A DNA stretch of 64,000 nucleotides from Kiritimatiellia bacterium (GTDB taxonomy: Bacteria; Verrucomicrobiota; Kiritimatiellia; CAIVKH01): assembly GCA_025054615.1 (NCBI GenBank), contig JANWZO010000001.1, forward strand, positions 143,499 to 207,498, written 5' to 3'. Positions 20,310 through 33,400 of the stretch are shown here, one piece after another. How positions within the stretch are numbered: the first letter of the stretch is position 1; the number at the start of each line of letters is the position of its first letter. Both the position numbers and the translations under genes were made by a program. Under the pieces are notes generated by a model that saw only the letters and a program-made list of their open reading frames with translations, was not told where the DNA came from and did no database searches.

Positions 20310-21718
20310 GTCGGCCTCTCTCAACTTCATTCCCGTATCTCCGACGGGCTGCATTAAATGCCTCGGTTTTGGGATTGGTTGAGGCATCGGGTCTAATGCT
20401 GTCGCTGCTGGCTGGTGGTTGCATTCGGCACTATCTGAAAGGTGACCCGATGCTGGCAAGCTGGATGCTCTACCTTCTCGGAGCGTGGGTCGTTGGCGCA
20501 TATGTGGCCAAACTGCTGCCGGGCTGGGGCCTTGGGCCCGTGGAAGAATTGCGGAGGACCTTCTTTTTACTTTTGACCGTTTTTGCGGGCACCACCGCGA
20601 TGCTGTTCTGGGGGAAGGCCGCAGAGGCAACCAGCCGGTTCACACTTACCTTGGGATTTCTGCTCAGTATCATCGTCGTGCCCTCACTGCGTACCGAGAT
20701 TAAACGCATCCTGTTGAGGCGCGAGGCTTGGGGCGTGCCGGTGGTGATTTACGGCAAACTGGAAGCGGTCCGAAAAGCGGTCCATGCGCTTCGCGAAGAG
20801 CGAGGGCTTGGCTATCATCCCGCCGGCGTGTTTTTGGACGAACCCGACCCGCTGCCGCGGCGGATGGAAGACCTCGAGGTCCTAGGGTCGGTGGATCAAT
20901 TTACGACGTCGGCGCCGATCGCCATTCTTGCGGCGAATGGGTTGTCACCCCAGCGGGTGACGGACTTGATGGATGGGCCCCTTGCGAACTACCGGCGCGT
21001 GGTCATCGTTCCAGATATGACCGAATCGCCGACGCTTTGGGTCAGGCCGAGGGATTTCATGGGTCTCCTCGGAATCGAGATACCGTGCAATTTGCTCGAT
21101 CCCCTCGCGCGTGTGCTAAAACGGACGCTGGACCTTTCCATCGTGATACTCACCGCACCTCTCTGGGTTCCGATCAGTGTGCTTTTGAGCCTTCTTATCT
21201 GGCTTGAGGACCGGAAATCGCCGATTTTCCGCCAGGAACGGATTGGCATCGGAGGCCGCGTTTTTTACGCCCTGAAGTTCCGCACGATGCACCCGGATGC
21301 GGAACGCATCCTGCGGGAACGGCTCGAGGCCGATCCCCGCCTGCGTGCGGAGTGGGAAGCCAACTTCAAGCTTAAAAATGACCCCCGCATCACTCGCATG
21401 GGTCGATTTTTGCGCGCAACGTCATTAGACGAACTTCCTCAGTTCATCAATGTTCTCCGAGGGGAAATGTCGCTGGTGGGGCCCAGGCCCCTGCCGCGGT
21501 ATCACCATGAAGCCCTCCCTGAACGAGCGCGCCAGCTTCGAGAGCGTGTCCGTCCTGGCATCACGGGGCTTTGGCAGGTCTCCGGGCGGAGTGAAGCTGG
21601 CCATGCGGCGATGCCGCGGTGGGACACGTATTACGTTCGAAATTGGTCTATCTGGTTGGACATCGTCATTCTTGTCCGTACGATTCGGGCGGTGCTTTCC
21701 CAACACGGGGCCTACTGA
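20306..21718 (+). CDS. Undecaprenyl-phosphate hexose-1-phosphate transferase (WbaP/WcaJ family)
   Basis: N-terminal TMs, KRTLD, KFRTM, DPRIT, SLDELPQ, GEMSLVGPRP, PGITGLWQVSGR. Confidence 0.93.
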   Translation: MSRPLSTSFPYLRRAALNASVLGLVEASGLMLSLLAGGCIRHYLKGDPMLASWMLYLLGAWVVGAYVAKLLPGWGLGPVEELRRTFFLLLTVFAGTTAMLFWGKAAEATSRFTLTLGFLLSIIVVPSLRTEIKRILLRREAWGVPVVIYGKLEAVRKAVHALREERGLGYHPAGVFLDEPDPLPRRMEDLEVLGSVDQFTTSAPIAILAANGLSPQRVTDLMDGPLANYRRVVIVPDMTESPTLWVRPRDFMGLLGIEIPCNLLDPLARVLKRTLDLSIVILTAPLWVPISVLLSLLIWLEDRKSPIFRQERIGIGGRVFYALKFRTMHPDAERILRERLEADPRLRAEWEANFKLKNDPRITRMGRFLRATSLDELPQFINVLRGEMSLVGPRPLPRYHHEALPERARQLRERVRPGITGLWQVSGRSEAGHAAMPRWDTYYVRNWSIWLDIVILVRTIRAVLSQHGAY

Positions 21719-21725
21719 AGTTGGC

Positions 21726-24146
21726 ATGCCTCCTCTCTTGATCCAGAGAAGGATCCGGCAGTTCCGCGCTCACGAATTCGCCCGCCGGTTCCTACCCGCA
21801 TTCAATAGACTAGTGGCGGGATCCGCCGTGTGGGCCGGCCTGGGTTGTCGTGTTTTCGCACAGGGACCACACGAAATCGCGCTGATCATCAATCAGAACC
21901 ATCCGGACTCTCTGGAAATTGCGCACCACTATGCCCAAATCCGGCAGATACCCTCGGCGAACCTCATCTATTTGGATGTGCCCCGAGATCTGGGCGGCGT
22001 TCGAGCCGAAATTTCTCCTGAATTGTTCCTGCAGGCGATCCTTGAACCCGTTCGGCAGGAAATCGCCCGCCGTAATTTGGAGGACCACATTCTCGCCTGG
22101 GTCTATTCTGCAGGGTTTCCTGTTCGTGTACTGGTCGACCCGCCAATCTCTATCAACGGCGCGACCTTCGTCCGAGGCCAGTTCCCATCCGGCGAGGTGG
22201 TGAAGACAGGCCACTATCTCTCGCCCTTCTGGCGCGGATTCGACAACCCCGGCGGGTCTTCGTTGCCGTCGGGATCACTCCAGGATTTCGCTGCAGCCTT
22301 CCGAGACGCCATGCCCATGCCATCCGCCACGCTGGCCTACACCGCCAATCGAGGATTGACGGTTGAGGAAACCATCGACAGCCTTCGGCGTTCGGCCGCT
22401 GCGGACGGAACGTTTCCGCGCGATCCGTTTTATTACCACTTGAGTGAAAATGTGCGTTGCACAGCCCGGCGCTGGCAATTCGAGGGGGCAGCACGGGAAT
22501 TAGCCCAAATGGGCATATCCGCAGTGATATCCTCAAATGAACCAGCCGTGAACCAGCCTTTGTCAGGACTGTTGGTGGGCATCGCATACACCGACAAACC
22601 CTGGGGCCGTCTGCAACCCGGCAGCCTTGTCGACAACCTGACCAGTTTTGGCGCGGAGTTTCACCACCAGGATCAGGTGCGTCTTACGCACTGGCTTCGG
22701 AACGGCGCTTCTTTCGCCTCGGGCACCGTGATCGAGCCATACTCGGCCTGGCCGAAATTCGCGCATGCACGCCTTTTCGTCCACTACGCGCGCGGGTGCA
22801 CCGCGCTCGAAAGTTACCTGCAGGCGTTGCGCAGCCCTCTTCAGCAATATCTGGTGGGCGATCCGCTCGCGCGCCCGTGGGCACGGCCAATCCCGCTAAC
22901 GCTGATCAATCTCGAGGAGTCTGGGCAGCCGTTGCGGGGTGAAGTCTCATTCCTCGCCTCCTCTCTGGCCGCGGAACCAGGGATGGTCTATGTCTTTCTC
23001 TTGGACGGCCGAAGTCTCCCTACGCCCGGCAATACAGCGGGAATCCGGCTCGACACTCGAAATTTTGACGACGGCTGGCATGAGCTGCGAGCAATCGCAT
23101 ATTCGCCCGGACCCATCCGTCGACAAGGTCATGCGAGGCTTGGCTTTCTCATTGGAAACTTGGGGCGGTCCGCGAATCTGCGGCTAACCGCGACCGATAA
23201 GCAGGTGGACATCGATCGACCTTTCTCTGTTGCTGTTTCCGCGTCGGCGGGGGCCACCGGAATTTCCATTCGCGCGCATGAACGAATCATTTGGAGCGGA
23301 ACCGCTTCCACCCAGGAACAAATTGTGGTGCTGAATGCGGCGCGGATTGGGGCCGGTCCCGTTCCGTTGCAGGCCGTGGCGCATTTTCCTGACGGGAGCG
23401 CGGTACGGAGTCCTCCGCAGATCGTTCAATTCAAGAGCCTCAACCGGCCGCCCTCGCCGCCTCAGATCGTTTCGGTTGAGGACAAGCCGGGCGAACGCCG
23501 ATTTCGGATCGTTTCAGAAGATCCGGATGGAGATGAGGTTTCGGTCGACTGGTTCTCCGACCGGTTGGCGCACCCGCCACGTCCGGTAGTCCCGGATTCC
23601 GACGGAGGCTGGACTCTTTCCGGCACGGGGCGAGTTGTGGTTGCCAACATACCGACCCTGGCCGACGCGGACGTGCGCGAATTGGTCTTCCAAATGCGAA
23701 CAACCGATGTCCGGCATGATACGGGTCCTCTGGTGGGCGGTATCGCCTGGTCACTGAAGAACGATACCGAATACACATATTTCGGCTGGCATTGGCATTG
23801 GAACGCTTGGGCGATTGGGCGCTTCAAAGATGGCTCTTTTCACCCCATCCATGCGAGGGGGGTACCACGGCCGCCGCGAGGGCATGAAGTGATCTCCCTC
23901 TGCAACACGCCTACCGGGCTGCTGATTAAAGTTGACAATCGGGAGTTCGGATTCATCGCCGGAGAACGGATCCGGGGGCCGTTCGGGCTGGTCGGCGGTC
24001 CGATCCCGTGGACGCTCACGGCGCTGCGAGTTGCTGAGTCGAACGAGGCATCCCCGCCGCGTAAAGGAATGTGGCTTCGCGCGTCTGACGGGATCGCGGA
24101 GACATGGGCGCCGGCGTCCACACCTGCAATGACGCCATCGCGCTAG
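21726..24146 (+). CDS. TIGR03790-like exosortase-system-associated protein with C-terminal Ig-like/beta-sandwich extension
   Basis: N..DSLEIAHHYAQIRQIP..N, LTSFG, GTVIEPY, YLVGDPL. Signal peptide-like N-terminus. Confidence 0.75.
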   Translation: MPPLLIQRRIRQFRAHEFARRFLPAFNRLVAGSAVWAGLGCRVFAQGPHEIALIINQNHPDSLEIAHHYAQIRQIPSANLIYLDVPRDLGGVRAEISPELFLQAILEPVRQEIARRNLEDHILAWVYSAGFPVRVLVDPPISINGATFVRGQFPSGEVVKTGHYLSPFWRGFDNPGGSSLPSGSLQDFAAAFRDAMPMPSATLAYTANRGLTVEETIDSLRRSAAADGTFPRDPFYYHLSENVRCTARRWQFEGAARELAQMGISAVISSNEPAVNQPLSGLLVGIAYTDKPWGRLQPGSLVDNLTSFGAEFHHQDQVRLTHWLRNGASFASGTVIEPYSAWPKFAHARLFVHYARGCTALESYLQALRSPLQQYLVGDPLARPWARPIPLTLINLEESGQPLRGEVSFLASSLAAEPGMVYVFLLDGRSLPTPGNTAGIRLDTRNFDDGWHELRAIAYSPGPIRRQGHARLGFLIGNLGRSANLRLTATDKQVDIDRPFSVAVSASAGATGISIRAHERIIWSGTASTQEQIVVLNAARIGAGPVPLQAVAHFPDGSAVRSPPQIVQFKSLNRPPSPPQIVSVEDKPGERRFRIVSEDPDGDEVSVDWFSDRLAHPPRPVVPDSDGGWTLSGTGRVVVANIPTLADADVRELVFQMRTTDVRHDTGPLVGGIAWSLKNDTEYTYFGWHWHWNAWAIGRFKDGSFHPIHARGVPRPPRGHEVISLCNTPTGLLIKVDNREFGFIAGERIRGPFGLVGGPIPWTLTALRVAESNEASPPRKGMWLRASDGIAETWAPASTPAMTPSR

Positions 24147-24414
24147 CGGCTAGCGCCCAAACCGATTGCGGCGGGATCTCTCTGCCGACCGGCCATTTCC
24201 CTAAAGCTTTTCTATCCCGTAATTGAGTATAAGCCGAAAGCACGACGACTGGACTAGCGCAGCAACCCCTGGATTAGAAACGTGACGCGCGGATTCTCCA
24301 TGCCAAATGGCGTGCTGCGAAAGAGATCGGGCTGTCTGCTTGGTTCTAATAGAGGCCGTTAAGGACGATGGCTACCCACAGAGTCTCATCCCAATTCTTT
24401 TGGCGCAGCCCCCC

Positions 24415-27400
24415 CTACGGATTGAAGTTCTTGCCGGGTATCGAATAGTAGAGCCGATTGGTCCAGTACATCATACCCGGATTGCGACGGATGATGATGA
24501 CGACGTCGTCCGGCCGGATTCTGAAGTTGGCCACCGTTGGCGGCGATGAGAATTCATTCGTATTGTACGCAGCGAGATTCCACGTTGTCCCGTCCGACCT
24601 GAGATGCCATCGGACCCGCGGATGCGTCAGCGATGCGATGCCATTGCTGACGCTCAATATTCGGATTTCATCCGCGAAGGCCACAAAGTTGTGGCCCACC
24701 ATACCGGATCCGCGGAACAACGCGCCCGTGAGGCTTACATGGATTGGATAATTCCAGTTCAACACGTGGAATAGATTGCTGCCGCTACCCGATGCCCCTT
24801 GAATGGCGATGACCTGTTGTTGCGTCATCACGCGGCCTACGATCGGCAGGTGGATCGTCGGCGATCCAACCGGCAATTCGATCATAAAGCCCTGATGAGT
24901 CGGGAAGACCATGTCATTAGCCACCGCACCCCAATCGCCTGTCCAACGCAACCAGGTGCCACCGCTGCTGCCGCCGTACAACCCGACGGTATTGGTCACG
25001 AAGTTGTAGGATCCGGTGCCTCGTTGCGGGCTGAACCAATGGATCTTGGTCGCCGTCGCGTAGGTTGTGCCGGCCGGCACACGGTTGGTTCCGAAGACAT
25101 AGGCAACCGTTGCCGTATCGGGTACGAAGAACGTGCCATACCAGTTTTCGCCGGGCACCAGGCGGATGGGCTTCGTCACGTACACCTCCCGGCTCCCGCG
25201 GCGCAACGCGTTGGTCGGTTGCCAAGCGTCTTGAAGCGAGACGCGATAGAACCGCATCGTGGCGCCGAGCTCCTCCGGCGGGACGCGGTAATGGTTGGTC
25301 GGGCTGAAGCCGCCTTCATCAATGAGCATGTTGCCGCCGGCTACATTATTGGTAATTCGATCGAGCCATTTCCACGCGTTGCTGAGCGAGTCACTGAAGT
25401 TCAGGGCATCGACGAACAATTCGTCGTACACCCGATTTGTGGAAGCAATCCAAGCCAGGCGCACCCCATTTGTGCCCGGGCTGAACACTCTGGAGATGCC
25501 CTGCGTGACCTGGAAGTTCACGGTCAGGCCGGTCACGACCACTTCAGGGCTGAGGTTCCCAGCCGCATCGCGGGCTCGGATGCGCACGCGATGAAGGGCA
25601 TCGAAGTTCAAATTCGAAATGATGATCGAAGAGGTATTGTTGGAACCAAGGTTCGGGATTTGCGCCTTGGTGATCACCGTGGTGCTGATGGGATTGAATG
25701 AACCATCAAGTTCATGAACGGTGATGATGTACGTGTCCCACGGTGAAAGCGGCGTATTATCGGAGGTCCGCCATCCGGCCGCGATGTGGCTGTTCGTGTG
25801 GCCGGGCGTCCACTGGACTTTGATTTCCGTAGTCTCGTCGACCAGCGGATCATCGGTCACATTGGTCGCATTGGCCACCGGGAGCGGAGGATTGGTGTCG
25901 ATCCGCAAACGGAAGGCGACCACGCTGCCCATCGCCCGATCCTGTGAGGAAGCAGACGGACGATCGAGATCGTTATCAATCGCGAAGATAAAGCCTGTGA
26001 TGGTGCCCTGCTGATGCAGCAAGCTGACCACCTGGCTGGTCTGGTTGCCTGGCACGTTGAAGCCGTGGTTGGTGGCCGTTGGCGGGGTTGTGCCTATCGC
26101 GGGCGCGACGATGCGATACTCATCAATGCCATGATAATCATCCGTGGCGTGATCCCAACGAATCGTGACCGATGTGAGGTTCGTCCATCCCAAGGAATTG
26201 GTATCAGCAAGGAATCCACTTTGGAGGACGATGAAATTGTCGATATAGATCCCAGGCGAGCCATCCGTGCCTACGCGCACCAAGCGCAGCGTAGTGATGC
26301 CCGGCCAATCAATATTCCATACCTCTGACTGATAATCCGCAGAGTCAACCTCATTTGTGCCGGCGCTGGCCCAATTCGTCCCATCCCAGAACAGGAGTTC
26401 GAGGTGACGAACCGCGCCGGTACTGGACAGCCGGGCATCCACCATAACCTTGCCCACATCGGTTCGCGCCGGTGTTTGCAGGTACTGGCCGACCCCTGTC
26501 GCTGCGAAGCCACCTTTCCGGACTCCGCCAGCCGCATCCCCAAGATTTACATAGGTGGTGCCGAACCAAACACCTGTACCCAGACCATTGGTCACGACAT
26601 TTGTCCAGAGCGTACCCGAGGCAAGAAATGCGGGCCATCCCTCAGAGGTCTCAAAGGATGTGAACAAAACCGCCTCGTCGCTGAAAGAATTGTCGACCTG
26701 GAGGCTCGTCATGGACGGGCCTTTCACGTCGTCGTCATAAACCCGGATCCAGCCGTAGGACAGCGCGGCGTTGATGCTCACATCGTTGGTGCGGTCATTG
26801 TCCGAATCCTGCAGATTCACACGGACCAGGCTTCGTTTGGCCATCGTGAACAACGTGTTGTTGATAAGCTGATTAATCTGCGACTCGGTGAAGAATCCGT
26901 TCGTGAACGAGAAGATGTTGGTCTGAACGACACCCGGCGCGTTGTTGGAGGTGGAGAGCGAGGCGTTCCAACCAATGATGGTATTGGTCACGATCGGCGT
27001 AGTGAGCCGGATTTCGAAATTGATCCCGTCATTGGTGCCACCAGAGGTTGCACGGCGGATTCCCGAGCCGAGATCCATGGCCCCGAAGGCGAATTGTAGG
27101 CCTTTAGAGCCGCTGAGGGCGAGCTCTTCATCCGTCACGGCAAATGTGGAATTCGTACTGGTTCCCTCGCGCCGCGGATAGGTCCCGCGAATTTCCGTAT
27201 CTCCGCTGCCCAGCGGGAAGAGATTGGTGAGTATGAAGAATGGGCGGGCGACAGAGCCGGTGTAGATAATGTCCGCCATCAGCGGACCGTCCGTATCATC
27301 GTCGATCAGGCGGATGTATCCGGCCAACAGATTCGACGCAATCATTTGGTCATTCACTCGATCTGCATCGTTGTCCGGCATGGTCACAGTGACGGCAAGA

Positions 27401-30400
27401 TCCTGCCCTTGCGCCCCGGAGCCGTCACCGCCCCACATATCGGAGACGCGCTGCCACGTGAACAGCGAGGCGGCAAACGACCACGTGCTGGTGGCATTAG
27501 CGTTGGTCCCGATCGCGGAGCTCCAGGAGGCTTCATAATCCGCGAAGTTGTTGGTTGCGACGAAGGGGATCGAGAGGGTTGCGTTGGTTGAGGCTGGACC
27601 ATGGGGCGAGCGCTGCAACCCGCTGTGCTGATCGTAAATATTAACCATCACGCGCATTCCGGCGCCAGTCAGCACGCCGTCTTCAATGAAATACCGGTCA
27701 AGCGAACCAACGGTTTGAGCCGGCGCAATCAAGGAATTCGTGAATACCCTCAACGGTTTGGCCCCAAGGAGCGGCGCGTTCGTGTCGTCGTCATACGCAT
27801 AAAATTGCAACGGCCAGTTGATCGTCATTGCGCGATTGGTCGGCACCACCGCCCACGAGGGGCCCAGGGCCGCGGGCACCGTGGGAGCGCCGGCCGGTGC
27901 ATTTTCGCCGGAAACCGTAACGAAATAATTCACGGTGAAATCGAGGTTGGTGACGTTGAATGCAGCTTTGTGGAAGGTGGTCACCGACGCAAAGCCGTTG
28001 TAGCCGATATACCCCTCGAAAACTTTGTCGAGATTGAATGGATTGGTGGCAGCTCCGATGGCAAGCGGATCCCAGTTCGGATTCACGCGGGCCTGGTGCG
28101 AACCGATATTGAGGTTGGTGGCGACTGTGTTGGTTAGGAACAATCCTCCGAGGCGGGCCTCCCACCGAACCGCAAAATCGATCAGATTTGTGGAGGCGAG
28201 CTCCGCATCGCTCAGATTGGTGACCACCAAGTTATAAACAGAGGGTCCGTAGTTCGTGCCGATATAGACCAGCGCCGGCAGGGGACCATAATCGTCATGC
28301 CATCCCTGAGGCACTCCCCACGTGGTCTCTTCCCAGCTCGGCGTGATCCGGATGCTGTCGAAGGTAACAATCTGGTTGTTGTCACTGGCCACCAGTTGGA
28401 TGCCGTCAATTTTCTCAATTACGACATTCGTCATTTCGACGATCCACGCCGCCTCCTTTTCGGGCACGGCGTGCATGAGCTGATTGGTCGTATACGCGCG
28501 AGCTTTGAGCGTATCCTGCTCGAAGTCGTATTCTAAGACGATCAGGTAGTCGACTCCCGCGTTGATTTCGTATCCCGGATTGGTTCCATCCAGCCGGTTG
28601 GTGCGAATTTGCGACCCATACTGGATCGATAGCCGCCGCTGTTCGACGCCGTAGGCTTTGCCAACGAAGGCCGTAACGGCGCTTCCGTTGAGCAGATTCA
28701 CGCCCAGGTAGTTGGTGCCAACGAGCGTGTGGTTGTTATTGATCTTGAAGCCCATGACAAACTTGCCGCTGGTGAAGGGCGCAAAATTCCGGCGGGCGGC
28801 GCGCTGGCCGGAGGTGTCTTCTGATGTATTGCCAAGATCGATAAAGCCGCTGCGCGTCGGGGCCGGGTAATCCGGCGGATAATTGCCGAATTGCGGGAAG
28901 TTGCCAGGTCCGGTCTCCACCAGCCCGCCAGTCGTGATCCATGCATTTGTCCAGCCAGTGCCTCCGCTCAATCCGGACAGATTGACGAAGGATCCATAGT
29001 CAAACCCCTCGTAGATGATGCCTTGCGCGAGCGTAGCGACGCTCCGCGGGTTGTTGCTGGCGGTCACAGTGAGATAGTCAATCCCGCTGCCTGCACCGTT
29101 GTATTCAAACACCCGGAAATGCCAAGTGACGCCGGGCGCGAGCCCCACTACCTCCACGCATGTAGCCGTGCCGACGGAGACCACGAAATTGCCGTCGCCC
29201 AGGTGGGATCCTGACCCGAAATTCGTACTGGCCGTGTACGACGTTCCATCCACTGGGAACTGATTGACCGCATTCGTGCCGCGCACGACAACCACACGGC
29301 CCTGACCGTTACCCGGCGAGAAGCACAACTCAACCCGACTTGTTCCCACCGATTGGAATACAATGTTGCTGGCTTGGAGAGTCGGCTGCGCACACAGCGT
29401 CTCCGCGGATGCGGTAACCACGGTAGACGTGAAGTAGTTGTAGGTCTGAGGGGCGGATCCGTTCCAACGGAACGAGAAGATGCGGAAATGATAGAGTGTG
29501 CAGGTGAGCAAATTCGTGTGAAGGGCATTGCTCACGGTGCCCGGCGTAGCGATAAAGGCAGTAAAGCCGCCGACAAGTTGGCCGTTGGTATACCCCACTC
29601 CATCCTGCGGCAGCGCCGTCACCGGATTCGTGCCATAGAGCAGCAGATATCCGCTCGGGGCCGGCGTTCCGGATGCAATCGTCCACGTATTGCTAATTGA
29701 ATAGGGCGAATCCGGATAGGCCATGAGGTTCGTCGCATTCCCGAACGGCTCAAGGGAAAGGGTCCATTGCTGGCCGGTGGCGAAGCCGGGCGCCGTGTAG
29801 TAGTTCGGAGACGGCGTTCCACCCATGTTGTATTCGAAGACCGCAAAGTGATACAGCGTCTCCGGATTTAGTCCGGTCACGTGCACGTTCGTGCCGATGC
29901 CGTTGTAAATGATGCGGTTGCCACCGAAATCGGGCGCGTTGGTGAAATTCGCGCTGGATGCGTAGGAAACGCCATCGGTGGGAACAAAGGTCACCGGCGC
30001 ACTTTCGCGGGCGACCACGATTCGATACGCGCCATTCCCCGGAATCCATCCGGCCGTCATTGACGTGGTCGACACGTTGTAGAAGTGCATGCCTGACGCA
30101 TGGACGTTCGGCTCATTGGTGAACTGATTGAGGAGTCCCGGCCAGGACGAGGCCACGCGGATTTCGTCAAAGCAGAAGTTCCCTTCATCCTTGGCCGCGA
30201 CGCGTATGCCGTTGATCATGCCAATAGCCACCGTCGGCGTGCCCGTGACGTACCAATTCGGCTCGGTCAGCGGAAGGGCGCCGCCATACAGCGCAAATCC
30301 GTAGAAGCGGTTCGAATTGAAGTCGTACATTCCCACGTAGAAATATCCAGGGTCGCCAACGCCATTGACGCCAAAGCTGCTGAGCTTCATGCCGCCATTC

Positions 30401-33400
30401 GGCCCAAGATCGATTCCAAAGTTCGCGTTGTTGAAGACCTTCCCGGCGAACGCGACCTCGGCAGCATTGCTCATGAAGGAAATGCCATTGAACCCGTCGG
30501 CATTGCCGTCGGTCTTCCGAACCGCTACCGCCATGAAGATCTTGCCCGTCGTAAACGGATTGAAATACCGGAAGGCTTGGAGCTCGGTTCCGGCCGTATT
30601 GCCGCAGGCCTTGTTGCCGGCCGCGGCCGGATAGTTGGTGGGCACGTAAAGGTTGCCCGGATCGATGCTGAAGCCAACGTCCGGATTGTTGTTCCAGGCG
30701 TTCGTCCAGCCGGTGCCACCAATCATATTTTCCAGCGAGCCGGAACTGTTGGTGAATTGATCGACAATCTCGCCGGGCTGGTAGCCGAACACGCGCAAGG
30801 CCACAATATTGGTCCGCGTACCATTCGTCTGGTTGCCCACAAATAGCACGCGAGCCGTGTAGACGCCTGGCGCGAGCATGGACGGATCAACGGTATAGGT
30901 GTGCGACGTGACTGCGCCGTTGCCCAGCAGGATGATGTTTGAGGCAGGCGACACGGTCAGCCAGCCTGACGGCCCCACGAAAACGGTTTGTAGGCTGTAA
31001 ATCAACGCGCCGTTCCCAACATTTGTCGCAAATGTGTTGGGCCAAGGACTCGGTGCCGTGATTACGCCAAAGGTGGACGTGACCGAATGAATCGCCGGCG
31101 CAATCGCGAGCCCGGCCAGATTGGGCCCGACAATGACCGTGAACGGAATATCATTGGTCGCCACCAACTGGTCATGAATACCCCAGTCATTGTCGTTGTC
31201 GGCCACAACGACGCGAGCAGTCCAGATGCCCGTATCGTTGGTGGTCACCGATGGGATCGCCACCGCGCCGTTTGATACCGTTCCGTCGGTGAATACCAAC
31301 GCCCCGCCGTCCGTGAATTGCAGGAAATCAAATACTTTCGTCAGCCGTACGGTGCCGGTCGGGTCAATAAGCTGGAAGTAAGGCGAATTGTTCGGGGTAT
31401 TCGTGCTCGTGCCGTTCACATTGACGCCGCTTTCCACATCCCGCACGCGACCCGTAATCCACCAGCCGAAACCGTATTGAAGCTCATCGACGCGGACGGT
31501 ATTCACGCCGGTCACGCCGCGGATGCCAAAGAAGGAAAACTCCGGAGGCGTGGTGTCGTCGTCGCGGACGACCAGCAAACCGTGTTGTTGACCCGGATGG
31601 GATAGCTGGTCGCCGGGTCGGTCGTCATCGGCGTCGCGCCAGGTCAACACGACCGGATTCGTCCCCAGACCAAAAGCCGTGTTATTCACCAGCGCCGACA
31701 CCACGGACGCACTGAACGCATTCGTAAAGGTCCACGCGTTGGTGGAGGCCGTTGTGGTGTTTGTGAAATGGGTGCTCAAGACCGGATCCCAGTTGGCTGT
31801 GTTGCTGACTATTGCCGACCCGATAGAGAGATGGCTGTGGTACAGCGGGTCCGCTCCGACACCGCGGCTCAACCCGGAACCGGCGTCACTCGCCCCGAAG
31901 AAGAAGGTCAACGGCGAAGTCGGCGCAATCACATTCGCCAGGTAATGGTCAAAAAGAATGTACGTGATATTCGTTCCGCTGGAGCCCCCGACCGAGCCAA
32001 CAGCGTTGTTGTTGGAGCTGACGTGCATGAAATGCGATGCCGAGCTGTGAGGGGACTGAATGGTGTTCGCCACCGGCGGATTCGTGTCATCATCAAAAAC
32101 CACAAACGTTTGCACCGTGCCATTCGACAATGTCACGTGATTGTACCGCCACACTCCGTTCGAGGTGGCTGCGCTCCACCTCATGGTGTACACCCCAAGG
32201 ACGACGTCATTATAGGCGACGGCCGGCTGGACATGGTTGGACGATTGCAGCGACCGGCCGGCATCCGAATACAGGAAATTCGTGAAGGGCTGATCGTTGA
32301 TGACTATCGTGCCGAGCGGATTGAGGAAGTCATAGTCCGGATTGGTCGCGCTATTCGTCATGCCAAACAGACTGTAAAGCCAGAGTTGGACAGGATATGA
32401 ACCCGTGCGTAGCGCTGCGTCGGTGATTCCATTCGTCGCCCCAACGAGGTAATTCGTGGCATGCGGTGGACGGAGGTTGAAGAGGTCTTCGTAGGTCGGG
32501 GCAATTCTGACCTCGTCAAAATAGACATGGCCGACGCCGGATGGATTTGTCGCGCCGGAAATCAGGCGAATGCCGTCGATGTAGGTAGGTGCGTGGACCG
32601 CCGGAACTATATAGGTTGCGTCCCAAGTGATCGGTTCGCCGGTGGGGATGGAAGAGGATTGGTAGACCCCGATAACAGAAAGCTCTCGCGTGGCGAAATC
32701 GTACCGGCCCAGGACTGCATGGGTGTTGTTGGTGCCAGTGGACACGTAATAAGCAGATGATGCGCCTGCATAACCGGCCTGAATGCTCTCCACGCGGAGA
32801 TTTGTCGTCCCGCCACCCTTACCGACAAACAGATAGGGAGTGTTACCCTGCGCCAAATGAACGCCTGCAAAGTTAAGAAGATTATTGCTCTGCATCTGGA
32901 GCAGGAAGGCCACGTAGATGCGCCCTGTACTCGTGGCTGGGAATGGGCGATATAATTCGGCGACCTCCCCAACGCCCGGGTCAAATACCCAGAGCTTATT
33001 CGCTCCGTTGGTTGGATAGTTCAACGGCGCCGGGAGGCTTTGCGAGTGCCCAAGGAAATTATTGGTGCTCGTGATCGCGAACCAGTTGCCGGTGAATCCA
33101 ATACCCCGATGCTGCGCCACATAATTAATAAGGACGCTGTTCGTGTACGGGAACGGGTCGACAATCACCGAATCCACGTACGGCGGCGTATTTGTCGAGG
33201 CGGCCGTCGGCGTCGAGTAGTAGTTATTGTTGACCGCATAGATGCGGTAATGGTGCGTGGCGTTTGTCCGGACTGCGTGCTCAAGGCTCTGCAGTGTTCC
33301 GGTGTAGATCACCGTCCCGCCGCCGATCGTTGAACCGATCGAATACGACGTGCCGTTGACCGGGTCGGCCGTGGGCGCGCTGTCTTGGCGGTACACCAGC

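Noticed and set aside
20162..21725. Upstream extensions of the WbaP ORF (from 20162) and the TIGR03790-like ORF (from 21450)
   Set aside because: They overlap the preceding genes. Later starts at 20306 and 21726 fit the operon packing.
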